Positions 37,901 to 51,519 of a DNA stretch of 64,000 nucleotides are shown here, piece by piece. Source of the DNA: Octopus vulgaris (Eukaryota); the NCBI GenBank assembly GCA_951406725.2, contig OX597814.1:97836001-97900000 (forward strand). The letters run 5' to 3'. The first letter of the stretch is position 1, and the number at the start of each line of letters is the position of its first letter. The notes beneath the pieces are model-generated. The model was given only the letters and a program-made list of their open reading frames with translations, did no database searches and was not told the DNA's origin. The position numbers and the translations under genes are program-made.

Positions 37901-40900
37901 GTTATAGATAAATAACTATGTGAAGTCATATCTGTTTGAATTTGTCTTGTAGTAGTATTAGGGTGCATGAAGGCCTTTTTTGACAGCTTCAAATGTGGAT
38001 GGACCCAATCAGTTTCATTGTTATTTAATATTTGAGATAAATTTAATTCTTTCTCATAAAATGCTGAACTATAGTAGCAGAATTAAATGTAAACAAACAT
38101 ATACCTTATGTTAAAATGTGAACAAACATATACCTAGGCACAAGTCATTTATCAATACTGATAAATAAATGTACAGAATATATTCATTCAATATATAAAT
38201 ATATAGGGCTCCTCTTCAACAAGAACCTGCTCTATTCCAACCTCTTTCCTCAAACCTTAACCCTCATCTAATATACAGAGGCAATAGTCTTCTTTCCTGG
38301 AATTGACTTGTGAGCTACATTGTGACCTTAACAGTACTAGTGGCATGAAAAAACAGTATCCTGTACATATTGTAAAGTGATTGGCATTAGGAAGGGCATC
38401 CAGCCATAGAAACCATGCCAAAGTAGACACTGGAATACAATGTGATCCTTAACTCATCGGATCCTTGTGAAACTGCCCAACTTATGCCTGCATGGAACAT
38501 GGACATTAAATAAATGGTGATGGTATTCATATGTTTTTAGTTTCACTTTGAAAATAGATCCCATGAAGGGATTTATGCAGGCAGCATTGCTGCCTCATTA
38601 CATCACACTAACTGGTTTTCATTGTTACTTAATGTTTCATCAGAACAAGATACTGAATGATCCCAAAAACCACCATAGAATTTAAGCATATAAGGAAGTG
38701 ATTCCTTATATTCATTTGTTATTGCTGTATATCTTCATTTTGTGTTTTAACTTTTTTTGATATACAGGAAATCAATTGTATTCCCATGGATGTATTAAAT
38801 AGGTCAGGTACTTAATGATTTTCTTGACCTTGACAATATATTTTTCTTTGCAGTAGAACAAAAAAGTAGATTGACAATTTACAACTGATAAAGAAGATAT
38901 TTTAGACCATTAGAGAAATAGTTGGTTCACTTACGAAGGGAGAAAAAAACAAAACAAAAGTTGGAATACTACTTTAGATATAATTTAGATCAGTGGTTCT
39001 CAGACTGACAAATACCAGTTCCTCTGCTACAACATTAATGATATTTATTTTGCACTCCCCTCCTCTCACCTTTAAAAATGAGAAAATAAAATAGAATTTG
39101 CATCATGTCACCCCTCTTCATTTTGGTGTAAGACAAATTTAAAATTATCTTAATAATAAATCTCTGAACAAGGTGATCAGTGACGAAAAGTTACTGGAAA
39201 AACGATAAAAGTATTTGCATTGGGACATCCCTTCATCGAAAACTGGTGATTGTCGTATGCGGACAGGTCAATTCCTAGAAAATGCAGTCCGTGCGTATCA
39301 CTTAGGTTGACGAGGGAGGGATGACCTCCCTTTGCAAATACCATAAGGGCACAGAAAGTGTGCCTAAAGCCAGCTGGAGACGATGTTCTCCTGGGGCTAC
39401 AAGCTACAGTAACACCCACCCTTAGTGGTTAGCCATATTGAGATGGCAAGTATACCTCACAAAATTATCTTAATTTTATTAGTAATTCATCTGCCCCTTT
39501 TCAATCCATTCCTGTGAGGTGAAGTCTGTCTCATACTTTTTTCATTTTCATTTTTTTCTCCTTATTATTTCTTATTGGTTCATAATGCTAGGAATTAAAT
39601 AAGTAAATATCTTGTCTGAATTGAGATTTGCTATCACAAGATAAAATGAAGTACCAGTCATGTGTTGAGGTTGATTTGATTGAATGATATTGTGGAAAAT
39701 CTGAGGTGTCCTCAATGTATGGAAGTATGGGTTTGAGAACCCTCAAGAAATCTTTCTGCTACTTGCTCTTTAACCCCTTGACATTTAGATTTTTCTGTCA
39801 AATGTAATGCTTATTTATTCACATTGTTTTGAATCAATTGTATATTATCTTGTAGCTTTGAGATTTGAATGATGTGATTGTTTATATTTGGAATGGCATT
39901 GTAGGATAAGTGTGAAAGGCCAGATCTGGGCAATTTGAACATAAAACATATAGAGCATTTAGGTTGGATATGGCCTGTTTAAATGCCAAAGGGTGAAGGT
40001 GTAAATCCTAAAGGCCATATTTTTTCTACAAAGAGCAGCAACTCCAGCTATTATTAGCTTCAGTGTAGAACAAAATAATAGATCATTGCTGCACAAATCC
40101 TATAATTAACATATGTGACATGTCTGACCCAAGTAGTTGTGCCTGACCCAAGTAGGCAGATGATCATAAGTTGGAAAATAAAAAACGTAATTTGTGTCTC
40201 AGAGAAGGAATATGGCCCAGTAATTAAAATAGTCATTTCTAATATTTTCTACTTTATAGTCAGTTATAAAACAAACTTCCAGTCAAGATTTTGTATTTTC
40301 CTTTTCTAAAACAAACTACAAATGTCACATGTTAAATGTATGACTTGTTTTATCACTGCTTTACTTAGAAAAACAAACTGAAAAAGCACACGCTTAGGGA
40401 ATCATTACAATGCTTATAACATGTTTTGAAGCAGTATTACCTGTTAATAATGTATGAGACAAAACCAGATTCTCAGGGCAGCACTGAAGAAGACTCTTTG
40501 ATGTAAATGTTTGTTATGTGTAGAAAGAAGTGTTTGTGAAGGAATTATTGAGAATATTTTCCTTTAGAGATATATATTTTTAAACAATGCTAAAAGGAAG
40601 AGCTCAGTGCTTCTCAAACTTTTTTCAACTAGCACCCCCTTTTTTCTTTTATTAACACTCTTTCAATGCTACATTGCTACATCATCATCATCATCGTTTA
40701 ATGTCTACTTTGCATGCTAGCATGGGTTGGACGATTTGACTGAGGCCTGGTGAACCAGATGGCTGCACCAGGCTCTAATCTGATCTGGCAGAGTTTCTAC
40801 AGCTGGATGCCTTTCCTAATGCCAACCACTCCAAGAGTCTAATGGGTGCTTTTACGTGCCACCGGTACAAGGGCTAGTCAGGTGGTACTGGTAACAGCCA

Positions 40901-41059
40901 CGCTCAAATGGTATTTTTTATGTGCCACCTGCACAGGAGCCAGTCCAGCAGCACTGACAATGACCTCACTCGAATGTTTTTTTCACATGCCAGTAAGGCG
41001 ACGCTGGTAACGATCACGCTCAAATTGTGCTTTTCACGTGCCACCGGCACAGAAGCCAG

Positions 41060-41880
41060 TTAAAAATCTGTTGAGCAATAAGTACCCCCAAAATATGATG
41101 TCCACTCCAATTAGAAAGAGGAGAGAGGATGAAACCCATAAACTGACCACAGTCTGCCTACCCTATGTGAAAGGCTTCTCTGAAAAGATACAAAAGATAT
41201 GCAGTCCATATGACATCAGGACGGTATTCAAGAGTGATACAACACTTTGCAAATATCTCCTTTGAGTAAAACCACCAATAGAAGAGAATATGACCAAGGA
41301 CTATGTGTACTCCATCCCATGCAGTTGTGGTAGGTTATACAATGGCGAAACATGCTGCCCCTTCAAAATAAGGGTAGATGAACATCGCAAAGCTATGACA
41401 CGAGAAGATATTGATAAATTGGGTATAGCTGATCATGTATGGAAAAATAGAGACCTCCTCCCCCTGTGAGATGAAGTTAAAATAATAGACAGAGAACACC
41501 AGTGGAAAATACAGAAGCTAAAAGAGGCAGCACATATGCTAGGACACAATAATCTCCTAAGCAGACCTAGTGCAGATATGAGTAGAATATGGGAACTGGT
41601 ATTAAGGAAAGATACAACAATAATAGGTTTATAAACCCTAAAATTCACTCTATAATTGCCCACGGGTATATAGTGTAGTGATTAAGAGCGCGGGCTACTA
41701 ACCCCAATAAATAATAATAATAACATTAGCAAAAAATACCTTAGGAATGAGAACAGAATACCCCAGTAAATGGTTGGCTTCGAAATTCTGGAGAGTACAT
41801 CAGCCGAAATGTGATAACAACAAACAAGGTGAGGACATCTATCCATCCAATGTAAATATATTGTATATATAGAACTATAT
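41060..41880 (+). mobile_element. Penelope-like element 3' fragment (GIY-YIG), degenerate
   Basis: LPYVKGFSEKIQKIC...VYSIPCSCGRLYNGET...IRVDEHRK...IADHVW...EVKIIDRE...KEAAH; second copy at 51520-52160. Confidence 0.85.
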
Positions 41881-42276
41881 ATATAAACAATATGAGAGAT
41901 AACTATATGGAGCCCTTGTATGCTAAAAATAGACGTCAAGCCCATCTTACCACTAAATCTGTGTTCTCTACTTAGAAAAAAAATAAACTTAGAAAAGAAA
42001 TAAACATAGCACTTAATTCAATTCCTAACATGAACAATTCAATAATTTTACGAATGAATAGAGTTCCAATATCATGTATTTAAACTTCGATTCTCATGCC
42101 CTTGTACTAGCGCATTAAACCAGAAAATAACTTCAAATGAATGATATTCAGCAGTGAATCAACTGGCTAGAGAACACAGATATATGAAATTAAATAATAA
42201 GAGTATCAATTTCAACTAGTGGTTAGCATACTTATCTATCTATCTATCTATCTATATATATATATATATATATACA

Positions 42277-44236
42277 GCCCTAACTTCAACAAAAGAGAAT
42301 GGAACGACCTCATCAAACTAAGAGAAGACAAAGCAATAACAATTAAGGAGGCAGATAAGGGCAACGCGATAGTAATAATGAATACAAACGATTATAAAAA
42401 TTTAGTGCTATCCCTATTAAGAGATGAAACGTATTATGAAAGGGCCCAACAGTATAATCAGCAAAAAATAATGCATAACCTTAGGACATTAATCAACACA
42501 TACCGAGAAGGACTCACGGACAAGGAGTATGAATACATCACTAACTTCAAATGCAAATCGAGTTTGTTCTATGGTATCCCTAAAGTACACAAAAGCCAAA
42601 TAATTAGAGAAACGTGCAAAACATCCACCGATATACTCATCAAAATCCCTTCACCAAATGATCTTAAACTTAGACCGATAATAGCAGGGCCAGCATGTGA
42701 GACTCACCGCCTCAGCAATTTCTTAGACACACTTCTTAAACCTTTCCTAAAACACATCAAAAGCTACGTAGGAGCCGATATAGATATGCTCAACCACCTC
42801 CCTAAAACAGTCAATGAGAAAACCCTTCTAGTATCATTCGACGTAGTTAATCTTTATTCTAACATCCCTCACAACCTAGGAATAGAAGCGATCACCTTCT
42901 GGCTGAATAACTACCCCTTTGAACTCCCAACTACATAAACAAAGACCTTATAATAGAAGGACTTAGATTTATTTTAGAGAACAATTACTTTATTTTTGAC
43001 AATAATTTCTACAGACAAAGATCGGGAACAGCGATGGGCACGCGTACTGCACCATCTTTTGCCAACCTAGTGATGGGATACCTCGAGAAAATACTCTACC
43101 AGATAACACTCGAGAAATTTGGAAACACCTTCGCCACCTATATCCATAACAACTGGAAAAGATACCTCGATGACTGTTTCATCATCTGGGACAAAGGTAT
43201 AGAGAAACTTGAGGAATGTAAAATACTATTAAATGGAATAAATGATAATATACAATTCATGATGGATCACAACGAAAATGAATTACCATTTTTAGACATC
43301 CTCATTAAGAAAACCGGCAAAAAAATAGAGACAGATATCTACTATAAACCGACAGACTCCAAACAATACCTACCCTTTGATTCATGCCACCCATGACACA
43401 CTAAAATAAATGTCCCTTTTTGTTTAGCTAGAAGGATCTGCACCATAATATCAGACACAAACACCCGACACACACGTCTCCAGGAACTTAGAACCACACT
43501 CACAAACAGAAACTATCCACAGCCCCTAATAGACAGTGCAATCCAAAGGGCACTCAAATTAAGTATAGAAGACCTGAGACAAACAAAACCAAAAAAGAAA
43601 GAACAATTAAAAACCCTTCCCTACATCTCTACAAACAACCCACTCAACAATGAGGCCTTCAGCACCATACTACAAAGCACAGCCCTACTAAAGGGAGACC
43701 CAAAGATGAACCGGATCCTCGAAACACACACCATCGTTAAAAGTAAACGGCAACCAAAATCCTTGAAAAGGATTTTAACCCAAGCTAAACTGCACTCAAC
43801 ATCAACCACAAAACCAGCAGTTAGAAAATGTGGAAGGCCCAACTGCGGAATCTGTGTCATCTTGATAGAAGGTTCAGAATTTATACTAGAACAAGGCCAC
43901 CAGTTCACCATTAGAGCAAACTTCACCTGCGCATCAGAAAACTTAATTTACGTCATAACATGCGCAGGCTGCAATAGGCAGTATATAGGCCATACAAAAA
44001 ATAGCTTACGTAACAGGATGGCGGTGCATAAATCACAAATTAGAAACCCTGAATACTGGAAAATACCGGTCAGCGGACACATAGATAGATGTGCTGGAAA
44101 TGTAAATCCGAAATTTACAACTTACCCGCTTTATAAATTCAGTGACAACGCAACCTTCACGCAACGCCAAAATAAAGAACTGTATTTCATCAAAAAATTT
44201 AGACCAAGTTTAAACACCCTGGGCCAGGAATATTAA
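42277..44236 (+). pseudogene. PLE RT-endonuclease ORF broken by one frameshift (~42935) and one in-frame TGA (43394-96)
   Basis: ORFs 42219..42938, 43034..43396 and 43706..44236; the last two are in the same frame and read through past the TGA (HP*HTKINVPFCLARRI). Confidence 0.9.
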
Positions 44237-44904
44237 AACAAAAGATTGGTCCTCCGAAAAGGAGAAGCAAAATTCCACCACGGCCGCTACCATAAACAGT
44301 CACTCACACTGACGGAAATATGTCTTAGGGAAAAGGGAAAAAAATTTATAAATAGATCTCTTCGAACAGATCTAATCCTGATGGACTGGCCACATACGAT
44401 ACAGCTAAGGCTCAGACCCGATTCGGATTGGTCAAAACAGTGATGACGTCCTGTTACGCTGGACTGGCCACCTAACAGGATACAGACAAGGGGCAGATCT
44501 AATACAGCTATAGGTCGGGATTGGTCAGAATATTGATGACGTCCCGTTCTGCTTGACTAGCCACCTAACAAAACGTTGATGACGTCGCGTTCCGCTGTAC
44601 TGGCCACCTAACAGGTGATATAAAACCCAAACAATTCACAAGGTTCGCCAGAACTGTCCAGCGGACACCGACCAAAAGTCATCACAGTTGCTCAAGGTAA
44701 AATCTAAAATGAATCCCTCGCTCTTTCAAGAACATCAATTTTTTATATTGACTGCACATCACCACTATGAACCATTGCATCATACTCTTTAAACATATAG
44801 CATGAACTCACTTCACTATATATGAACTTTTGATGTCTGACTCTATTGTATATTATATATGAATTTTTTATATTTGATAGCATGAACTATCTTTTTTATA
44901 TATA

Positions 44905-44955
44905 ATTTTTTTTGATAAGGTTCATCATTTCAAGAACCGAAACATGTTAAATAAA
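44905..44955 (+). ncRNA. Minimal type-I hammerhead ribozyme-like motif (U3/A8 core variant) in the PLE 3' region
   Basis: TTGATAA (44912-18), GGTTC-loop-GAACC stem II, GAAAC, palindromic AACATGTT stem III, weak A/T stem I. Confidence 0.5.
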
Positions 44956-45042
44956 TAATGTATATATAAAAATAAAAAATTTGTCTAATATAGCAGCATT
45001 TTCGAACTTCATTTTTTACAAATATATATATATATATATACT

Positions 45043-45250
45043 CTCTTTTATTTGTTTCAGTCATTTGACTGTGGCCATGCTGGAGCACCGCCTTTTAGTC
45101 GAGCAAATCGACCCCAGGACTTGTTCTTTGGAAGCCTAGTACTTATTTTATCGGTCTCTTTTGTTGAACCGCAAAGTTACGGGGCTGTAAACACACCACC
45201 ATCGGTTGTCAATCGATGTTGGGGGGACAAATACAGACAAACAAACATAT

Positions 45251-45308
<58 letters not shown>

Positions 45309-45480
45309 ATATATATATATATGACGGGCTTCTTTCAGTTTCCATCTACCAAATCCACTAAAATGGCTTTGGTTGGCCCAAGGCTATAGTAGAAGACACT
45401 TGCCCAAGGTGCCATGCAGTGGGAATGAACCCGGAACCATGTGGTTGGTAAGCAAGCTACTTACCTCACAGCTACTCCTG
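45043..45480 (-). mobile_element. Family B tRNA-derived SINE with internal (CA)/(TA) microsatellite
   Basis: Minus-strand head of the type GTGGCTGTGTGGTAAG...GGTTCAGTCCC then CCTTGGGCAAGT; similar copies at 46292-46688, ~1300-1560, 10590-11310 (interrupted) and 62920-63400. Confidence 0.85.
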
Positions 45481-46291
45481 CACCTATATATATATATATA
45501 TATATAAACACAATCAATATTGTATAATTTTAGTTCACCAATTAATTCATTACAACTGACATACTTGTTGCTGTCCTTTACTTTTCAATTTTGACAGCAG
45601 GGGTTGGGGGTGTTCCTAACATTTCCTGTACAAGCACTAACACTTTTTGAATGGTGAAATATTTCTTTAATTTCCTGTTTGTTGTTGTTTAGTCATAAAT
45701 CAGTCCTGATTGTGGACACCTATGATCAAAAGCATTAGTGATGTGACAACTGTTATCAGACGTGACTCTCTTTTTTAAGAGAGTAGGGGATGATTTGATG
45801 GAAGTTTTTTTTTTCCATTAGGCCAAGTGACAGTAGAGGCTCTGTCATTGGTTTATCTAATGCTCTGAAGTTCAACTTTTCTTTTTATTCCAATGCACCT
45901 GAAACTATCTCTGGTTCTGTGATATAAATTTTAAAGTGATCTAAGTCGAAGCCTGTCAAAATTTCATGTTAATATTCTAAATACCACTTTAATAATGACA
46001 AGCTTACTTTATAAAATTCTTAATTAATTTCAAAATTAATTAAAACAAAGGCAGTGTATTTCAATGGAGATATAAAAGAAAAAAGGTTAAATAGGTGTTA
46101 GATGCAATCTTTTTTTTTCTTTCTTTCAGTTTGTTTTCACATACTTAGTAGACAGGAACATTTTTTTTTTTTGCAAGTAAATTTCATCAGTTACTGTCAG
46201 TAAAGAAACAAAAGAGTTTCTTATCTAAAGAGATTTCTTGGCAATCATTAGGTTAAAGTAGCACAATAATAAAAGTGTTTGTTTGGCAATT

Positions 46292-46688
46292 TCTCTTTTA
46301 CTTGTTTCAGTTATTTGACTGCGGCCATGCTGGAGCACCGCCTTTAGTCGAGCAAATCGACCCCAGAACTTATTCTTCGTAAGCCTAGTACTTATTCTAT
46401 CGGTCTCATTTGCTGAACCGCTAAGTTACAGGGACGTAAACACCCCAGCATCGGTTGTCAAACGATGTTGGGGGGACAAACACAGACGCATAAACACACA
46501 CACACACATATATACATATACATTATATACGACGGGCTTCTTTCAGTTTCCGTCTACCAAATCCACTCACAAAGCTTTGGTCGGCCTGAGGCTATAGTAG
46601 AAGACACTTTCCCAAGGTACCATGTAGTAGGACTGAACCCGGAACCATGTGGTTGGTAAATAAGCTACTTACCACACAGCCACTCCTA
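46292..46688 (-). mobile_element. Family B SINE
   Basis: Near-identical to 45043-45480. Confidence 0.85.
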
Positions 46689-48758
46689 TGCCTCCTTCTG
46701 TACAAAATTTTTGTTTCTTTAATTTCTTTCCAGCTGAATTGCTTATATTTATGTATCTTTTGTGTATGTATCATGCGTTTGTGCATATGTATGTATATTT
46801 GTGTATACACATACATATTTACACAAAATATACATAAACATAGTATATACATACACACAAACATAATATATACATAAAACATAAACCTGTGTACAGAAAT
46901 TACCGAACAAACTCCTTCATTATTGGGCTACTTTAACCAAAAGATTGCCAATTTCTTAGCCATCTGACATTCGATTGTTACTGTTCTTGAGTGGTTGACT
47001 TAATCTGTCACCTAATATAACATCGTCTGGTAACCTCGGGTCTTTAGTAGAGTCCCCATTGTTAAAAGCATTTAAGCCAGTTCTCTGGGCTGAGGATTAC
47101 TCTCTCCATATACTATTAGTCACAAAGACCCCCATATGCTATCTGTCATAAAGATCATGGATACTGCTTTTCCTTCTCCGGGGAAGCAATTAAAAAACAA
47201 AAAAAAATTCTTTTTGATATCTTTTTTTCATCCTTTACTTGTTTCAGTCATTAGATTGCGGTCATGCTGGGAGATTGCTTTGAAGAATTTTTAGTTAATT
47301 CATTCAGCTAAAAATTCTTCAAGGCACTACTTATTCTGTCAGTATCTTTTGCTGAATCATTAAGTTACAAGGATGTAAACTCACCAACAACAGTTGGTAA
47401 GTGGTGGGGCAGGGGGAAACACACACACACACACACACACACACAAGACTCATCAAACCAGGTGAAATTGTAGTTGTGGCTGATGCCAGTGTCACATAAA
47501 AACCAGCCATAGGAAACATGCCAAATCAGACTGGGACCTGGTGCAGCTCTCTGGCTTACCTGTTCCAGCCAAATCGTCTAACCCATGCTAGCATGGAATG
47601 CGGATGTTAAATGATGATAATGATGATATGACGAGCTTCTTTCAGTTTCCATCTCCCAAATCTGCTAAAAAGACTTTAGCCAGCCCAAAGTAATAGTATA
47701 AGACAGTTGCCCAAGATGTCACACAGTAGGACTGAACTCAAAACCATGTGGTTGTGAAGCAAGCTTTTATCATACTGTCATGCCTGCACCTATATTTATA
47801 TAAAATCGTTTTATTTGTTCTTCAGGGTTATTTTTATGCTGATTATGCTTTTGGATGTTTTAGCAAAATAGTCACCGTTCTGAGTTCAATTGCTGGAACT
47901 AACATTGGAATCAATAAAATAAAGATCAGAAATGTCACTAATTAATGCCAATAGTATCATCAGTTAGGCACAGGTGTGGCTGTGTGATTAACAAGCTTGC
48001 TTCCTAACTATGTAATTTCAGGTTCAATACCAGTGCATGACACCTTGGTTGAGTGTTTTCTATTTTAGCCTTGGGCCAACTAATGCCTTGTGAGTGGATT
48101 TCATAGATGGTAACTAGAAGAAATCCATTGTATATAAATGTGTGTGTGTGTGTGTGTACTCTTGTCTTAACATCACAGGATCACCACTATACAAGTGATG
48201 TCATTTCTAGTCTTCTATGAAACACATGCCTGGTCATGGAGAAATATTACATTGCTTGGAAACTGGTAAAGGTTGGTGTCAGGTAGGGCATCCAGCCACA
48301 GAAAATCTGCCTCAACAAATTTGTCTGAAAAATGGGAAAATAGATGTTAGATGATGATGATGATGATCCCCCCACTACCCCACAACTTAACATTCACTTT
48401 TCTCTGCTTGCATGGGTCAGATGAATTTGTTGGTGTAAATTTTTTGTGACTTGATGCTGTTTGCAAGCAAGGTAATATTTCCCTATTGTTGGACATGTTC
48501 TCATAGGCTACAGGAAATGAATGACATTGCTTGTGTGACCGTGACACTAATTGACAACTTTTATGCAATGTCAAGGTAAACAGATACAAACATTCATATA
48601 TATGTGTGTGTGTAAAATTATGAACTAATGAGTATATGTCAATTAGTGTATTGATGTGTTGAGTAAAGCACTGGCATGGTTTAGGCTACTTGGTGTCATC
48701 TGCAGTTGGGGTATATTTTTGTTGGATTTACTTCAGGAATTCTGCAGTGTGAGTTGAA

Positions 48759-49043
48759 ATAATCGATTAAGGAAACAGAAGCTGGATTTGGTATTGGGCT
48801 TTGCTTTGTACAACAATTGTTTCAACCCATCCTGTGAGTGTCCCTTATGAGTGGGATTTTATGCATCATGTTGTGTTGTATCAGTTTTGCAGTTCCTGAT
48901 ATGACCCAGCAGACTGTTAAATTGATACAACACAACATGATGCATAGAATCCCACTCATAAGGGATACTCGCAAGATGGGTTGAAATGATTGTTGTACAA
49001 AATGAAGACCAATACTAAATCCATCTTTTGTTTAATTGATTAT
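48759..49043. repeat. Long inverted repeat (fold-back), ~135-bp arms with a short loop
   Basis: Left arm 48759-48894 is the reverse complement of 48912-49043 with about 18 substitutions and one small indel by manual alignment. Confidence 0.9.
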
Positions 49044-51102
49044 TATATGCATATATATGTAAATGTATAATGAAGCTAAATCTGAAAATTACTAATAATC
49101 ATATGGTTTGCAAATAAAACCGGTTTGGTTACATATTTTGACAAACATCCTTTTGGGAAGAATGCCTAATTTCCATCCTGTTAACAAACCATACATTGAC
49201 AGTGTAAAACACTAACACTTCCAAGATTGAAACCATATTGATTTATTGTGAGTAGGCATAAAGCCAGTTTTGTTTTCAAATGGGTGTGTGATTGTCTTTG
49301 AGTTAGCTGAAAAATATTGCTGGTATTTATCTTATTGAACTCTGATCGAATGAAAATCAAACTCAGTTCTGGAATGATTTGAACTCAGATCAGTAAGATT
49401 TCTAATGAAAAGTAAAGGTGCTAGTCCTACTTTTGAGTTACTTGTTTATCTGTTTTTTGTATACTTATTGATATAAGATTTTAAGTGACAGAGAGCAGAG
49501 AAATGACTTATACATGTTTCTGAAGAACATTAGCTGGATCTATAAAATAAGTAGCAGTAATATAATGAAGCTGACTTTCTCATAACAAAAATAATTGGCC
49601 TTATAACCAGTCAACCAATAAAAAAAAACAAAAAACCCTTATTATTATTATTGCAAGCTGGCAAAATCATTAGTGTGCCATAAGGCGGCGAGCTGGCAGA
49701 ATCAGCATGCTGGGCGAAATGCTTAGCGGTATTTCGTCTGCTATTATTCTGCCGAGGTCGACTTTGCCTTTCATCCTTTCGGGGTCGATTAAACAAGTAC
49801 CAGTCACGCACTGAAGTTGATGTAATCGACTTAATCTGTTTGTCTGTCCTTGTTTGTCCCCTCTATGTTTAGCCCCTTGTGGGCAATAAAGAAATAAGAA
49901 TCATTAGCATGCCAGGCAAAATGCTTAGTGGCATTTTGTCAATCTTTACGTTCTGAGTTCAAATTCCACCAAAGCTGACTTTTCATCCTTTTGGAGTCGA
50001 TAAAATAAGTACCAGTTAACCAGTGTGGTTGATATAATTGACTCCCAAACTTGCTGGCCTTAAGCCAAAATTTGAAACCTTTATTATCATTATTATTAAT
50101 AATGATAATAATGTGGCAAAATGCTTTGCAGTATTTCATCTGTCTTAATGTTCTGAAGTTCACATTCCACTAAGGTTGACTTTGTCTTTCTTCCTTTTGG
50201 GATTGATAAAATAAGTATCAGTTGAACACTGGGGATGATGTAATTGACTTACCTGCTCCCCTAAAATTACTGTCCTTGTGCCAAAATTTCAAACTATTAT
50301 TATCATTTAAAAAATTTCAATGTCTGATACAGGTTTGTCTTGTGTTAGTTTTGATGAATACCAAGTTGGCATTGCATTGTTTGTAGTTGAATCTGAAAAC
50401 TCCTTAAACAGCAGTGTTTGTACAAGCACAAAAGAATAGATAATATTGTGGGTTAGTTTGTCAGTAAACTATATGCAGAATATCATAATTTTTCTTTTTA
50501 TTATGGAAATGTATATAAAGCTTAATTATTATTTTGAATTTATCACTGTCATTGCCTGATTGCTTTTAAATTATCAGGTCTTTGTCAAAACAAATTGCCA
50601 ATGTTAGCTGTCCTAATTCATACTTCGTTTACTATGGAAAATATTGCTAATTGGCCTTTGTAAACAGAAGATAGTACATTACAAATTCATCAAATTATAT
50701 CTGATTCAGTCAGTATCTGGCTGTTCAGAAAACCTTGATTATTAATGAAGGCACATGTTACAGTATTGAGACAGAGACTAGTGGCTGAACTCACAGACTG
50801 CATAACAAAATTGAGAGGAATGGTTGTAAGTTATTCTGTAAACACATCTAACTCATTTCATCATGGAAAAATGGACATTACAATAATGATAATTTTTCTG
50901 AATATTTTCTTTATAATCTTTATTTCATGTGAATACCTTTATGTAAAATAATTATTTTTCCATTTTGTTAATTCCAGATCAACACGCAAGTCCCAGTGGG
51001 AAGTTACTGTCCATGTCTCAAACAAAGTCATTTTTACATCTGAAATAATATCTCTGTTACTTTGGATTCCTGACCTCCCTACACATTCTAAGAATTCTGG
51101 TA

Positions 51103-51297
51103 ATGTTCAATTGTATGGAAAACCCTTCGTGCTCTTTCAATATCTTGGTTGTCCTTTTCTGCTTTTCTTTGCTTTCCCCGGTGATTGCCAATGTAGATTA
51201 TTATGAAATTTTGAAGGTTTCTCGATCAGCTAGTCAGAAAGAGATTCGGCAAGCATTCAAGAAATTGGCAGTCAGTGAACATCCTGATAAAAAGACT
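51103..51297 (+). CDS. DNAJC10: DNAJC10 first coding exon (signal peptide, J domain to HPDKKT); exon begins at 50978
   Basis: ttccag acceptor at 50977, gtgagt donor at 51298; DYYEILKVSRSASQKEIRQAFKKLAVSEHPDK. Confidence 0.95.
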
Positions 51298-51519
51298 GTG
51301 AGTATTCTATAAACTGTTTCATTATCATTTAAAATGCATATAAAGCTATTTTACATAATTTAAAAACACTAAAAGTAAAAAGACACAAACTGATTAACCT
51401 TTGAGGTCCCTCAGTGGTTCATAGGTACTCGTTTTTGCTTTAGTTTTGAAATGTTAGGTGGTTAAAAGGTAAATCCTCTCTTTGATATGATACTTATCTA
51501 CCACAAGTAACATTCTCAT

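Larger units (their letters stand above)
42277..45020 (+). mobile_element. 5'-truncated Neptune-type Penelope-like element (RT + Cys linker + GIY-YIG + 3' pLTR)
   Basis: ADKG, YGIPKVHK, LRPIIA, SFDVVNLYSNIP, GTAMG...P..ANL.M, RYLDD, PFLD, YYKPT motifs; CGRPNCGIC linker; LIYVITCAGCNRQYIG endonuclease; bounded by (TA)n at both ends. Confidence 0.92.

Noticed and set aside
44370-44615. Repeat-spacer-like pattern resembling a CRISPR array
   Set aside because: Eukaryotic PLE terminal tandem repeats with related spacers; no cas genes
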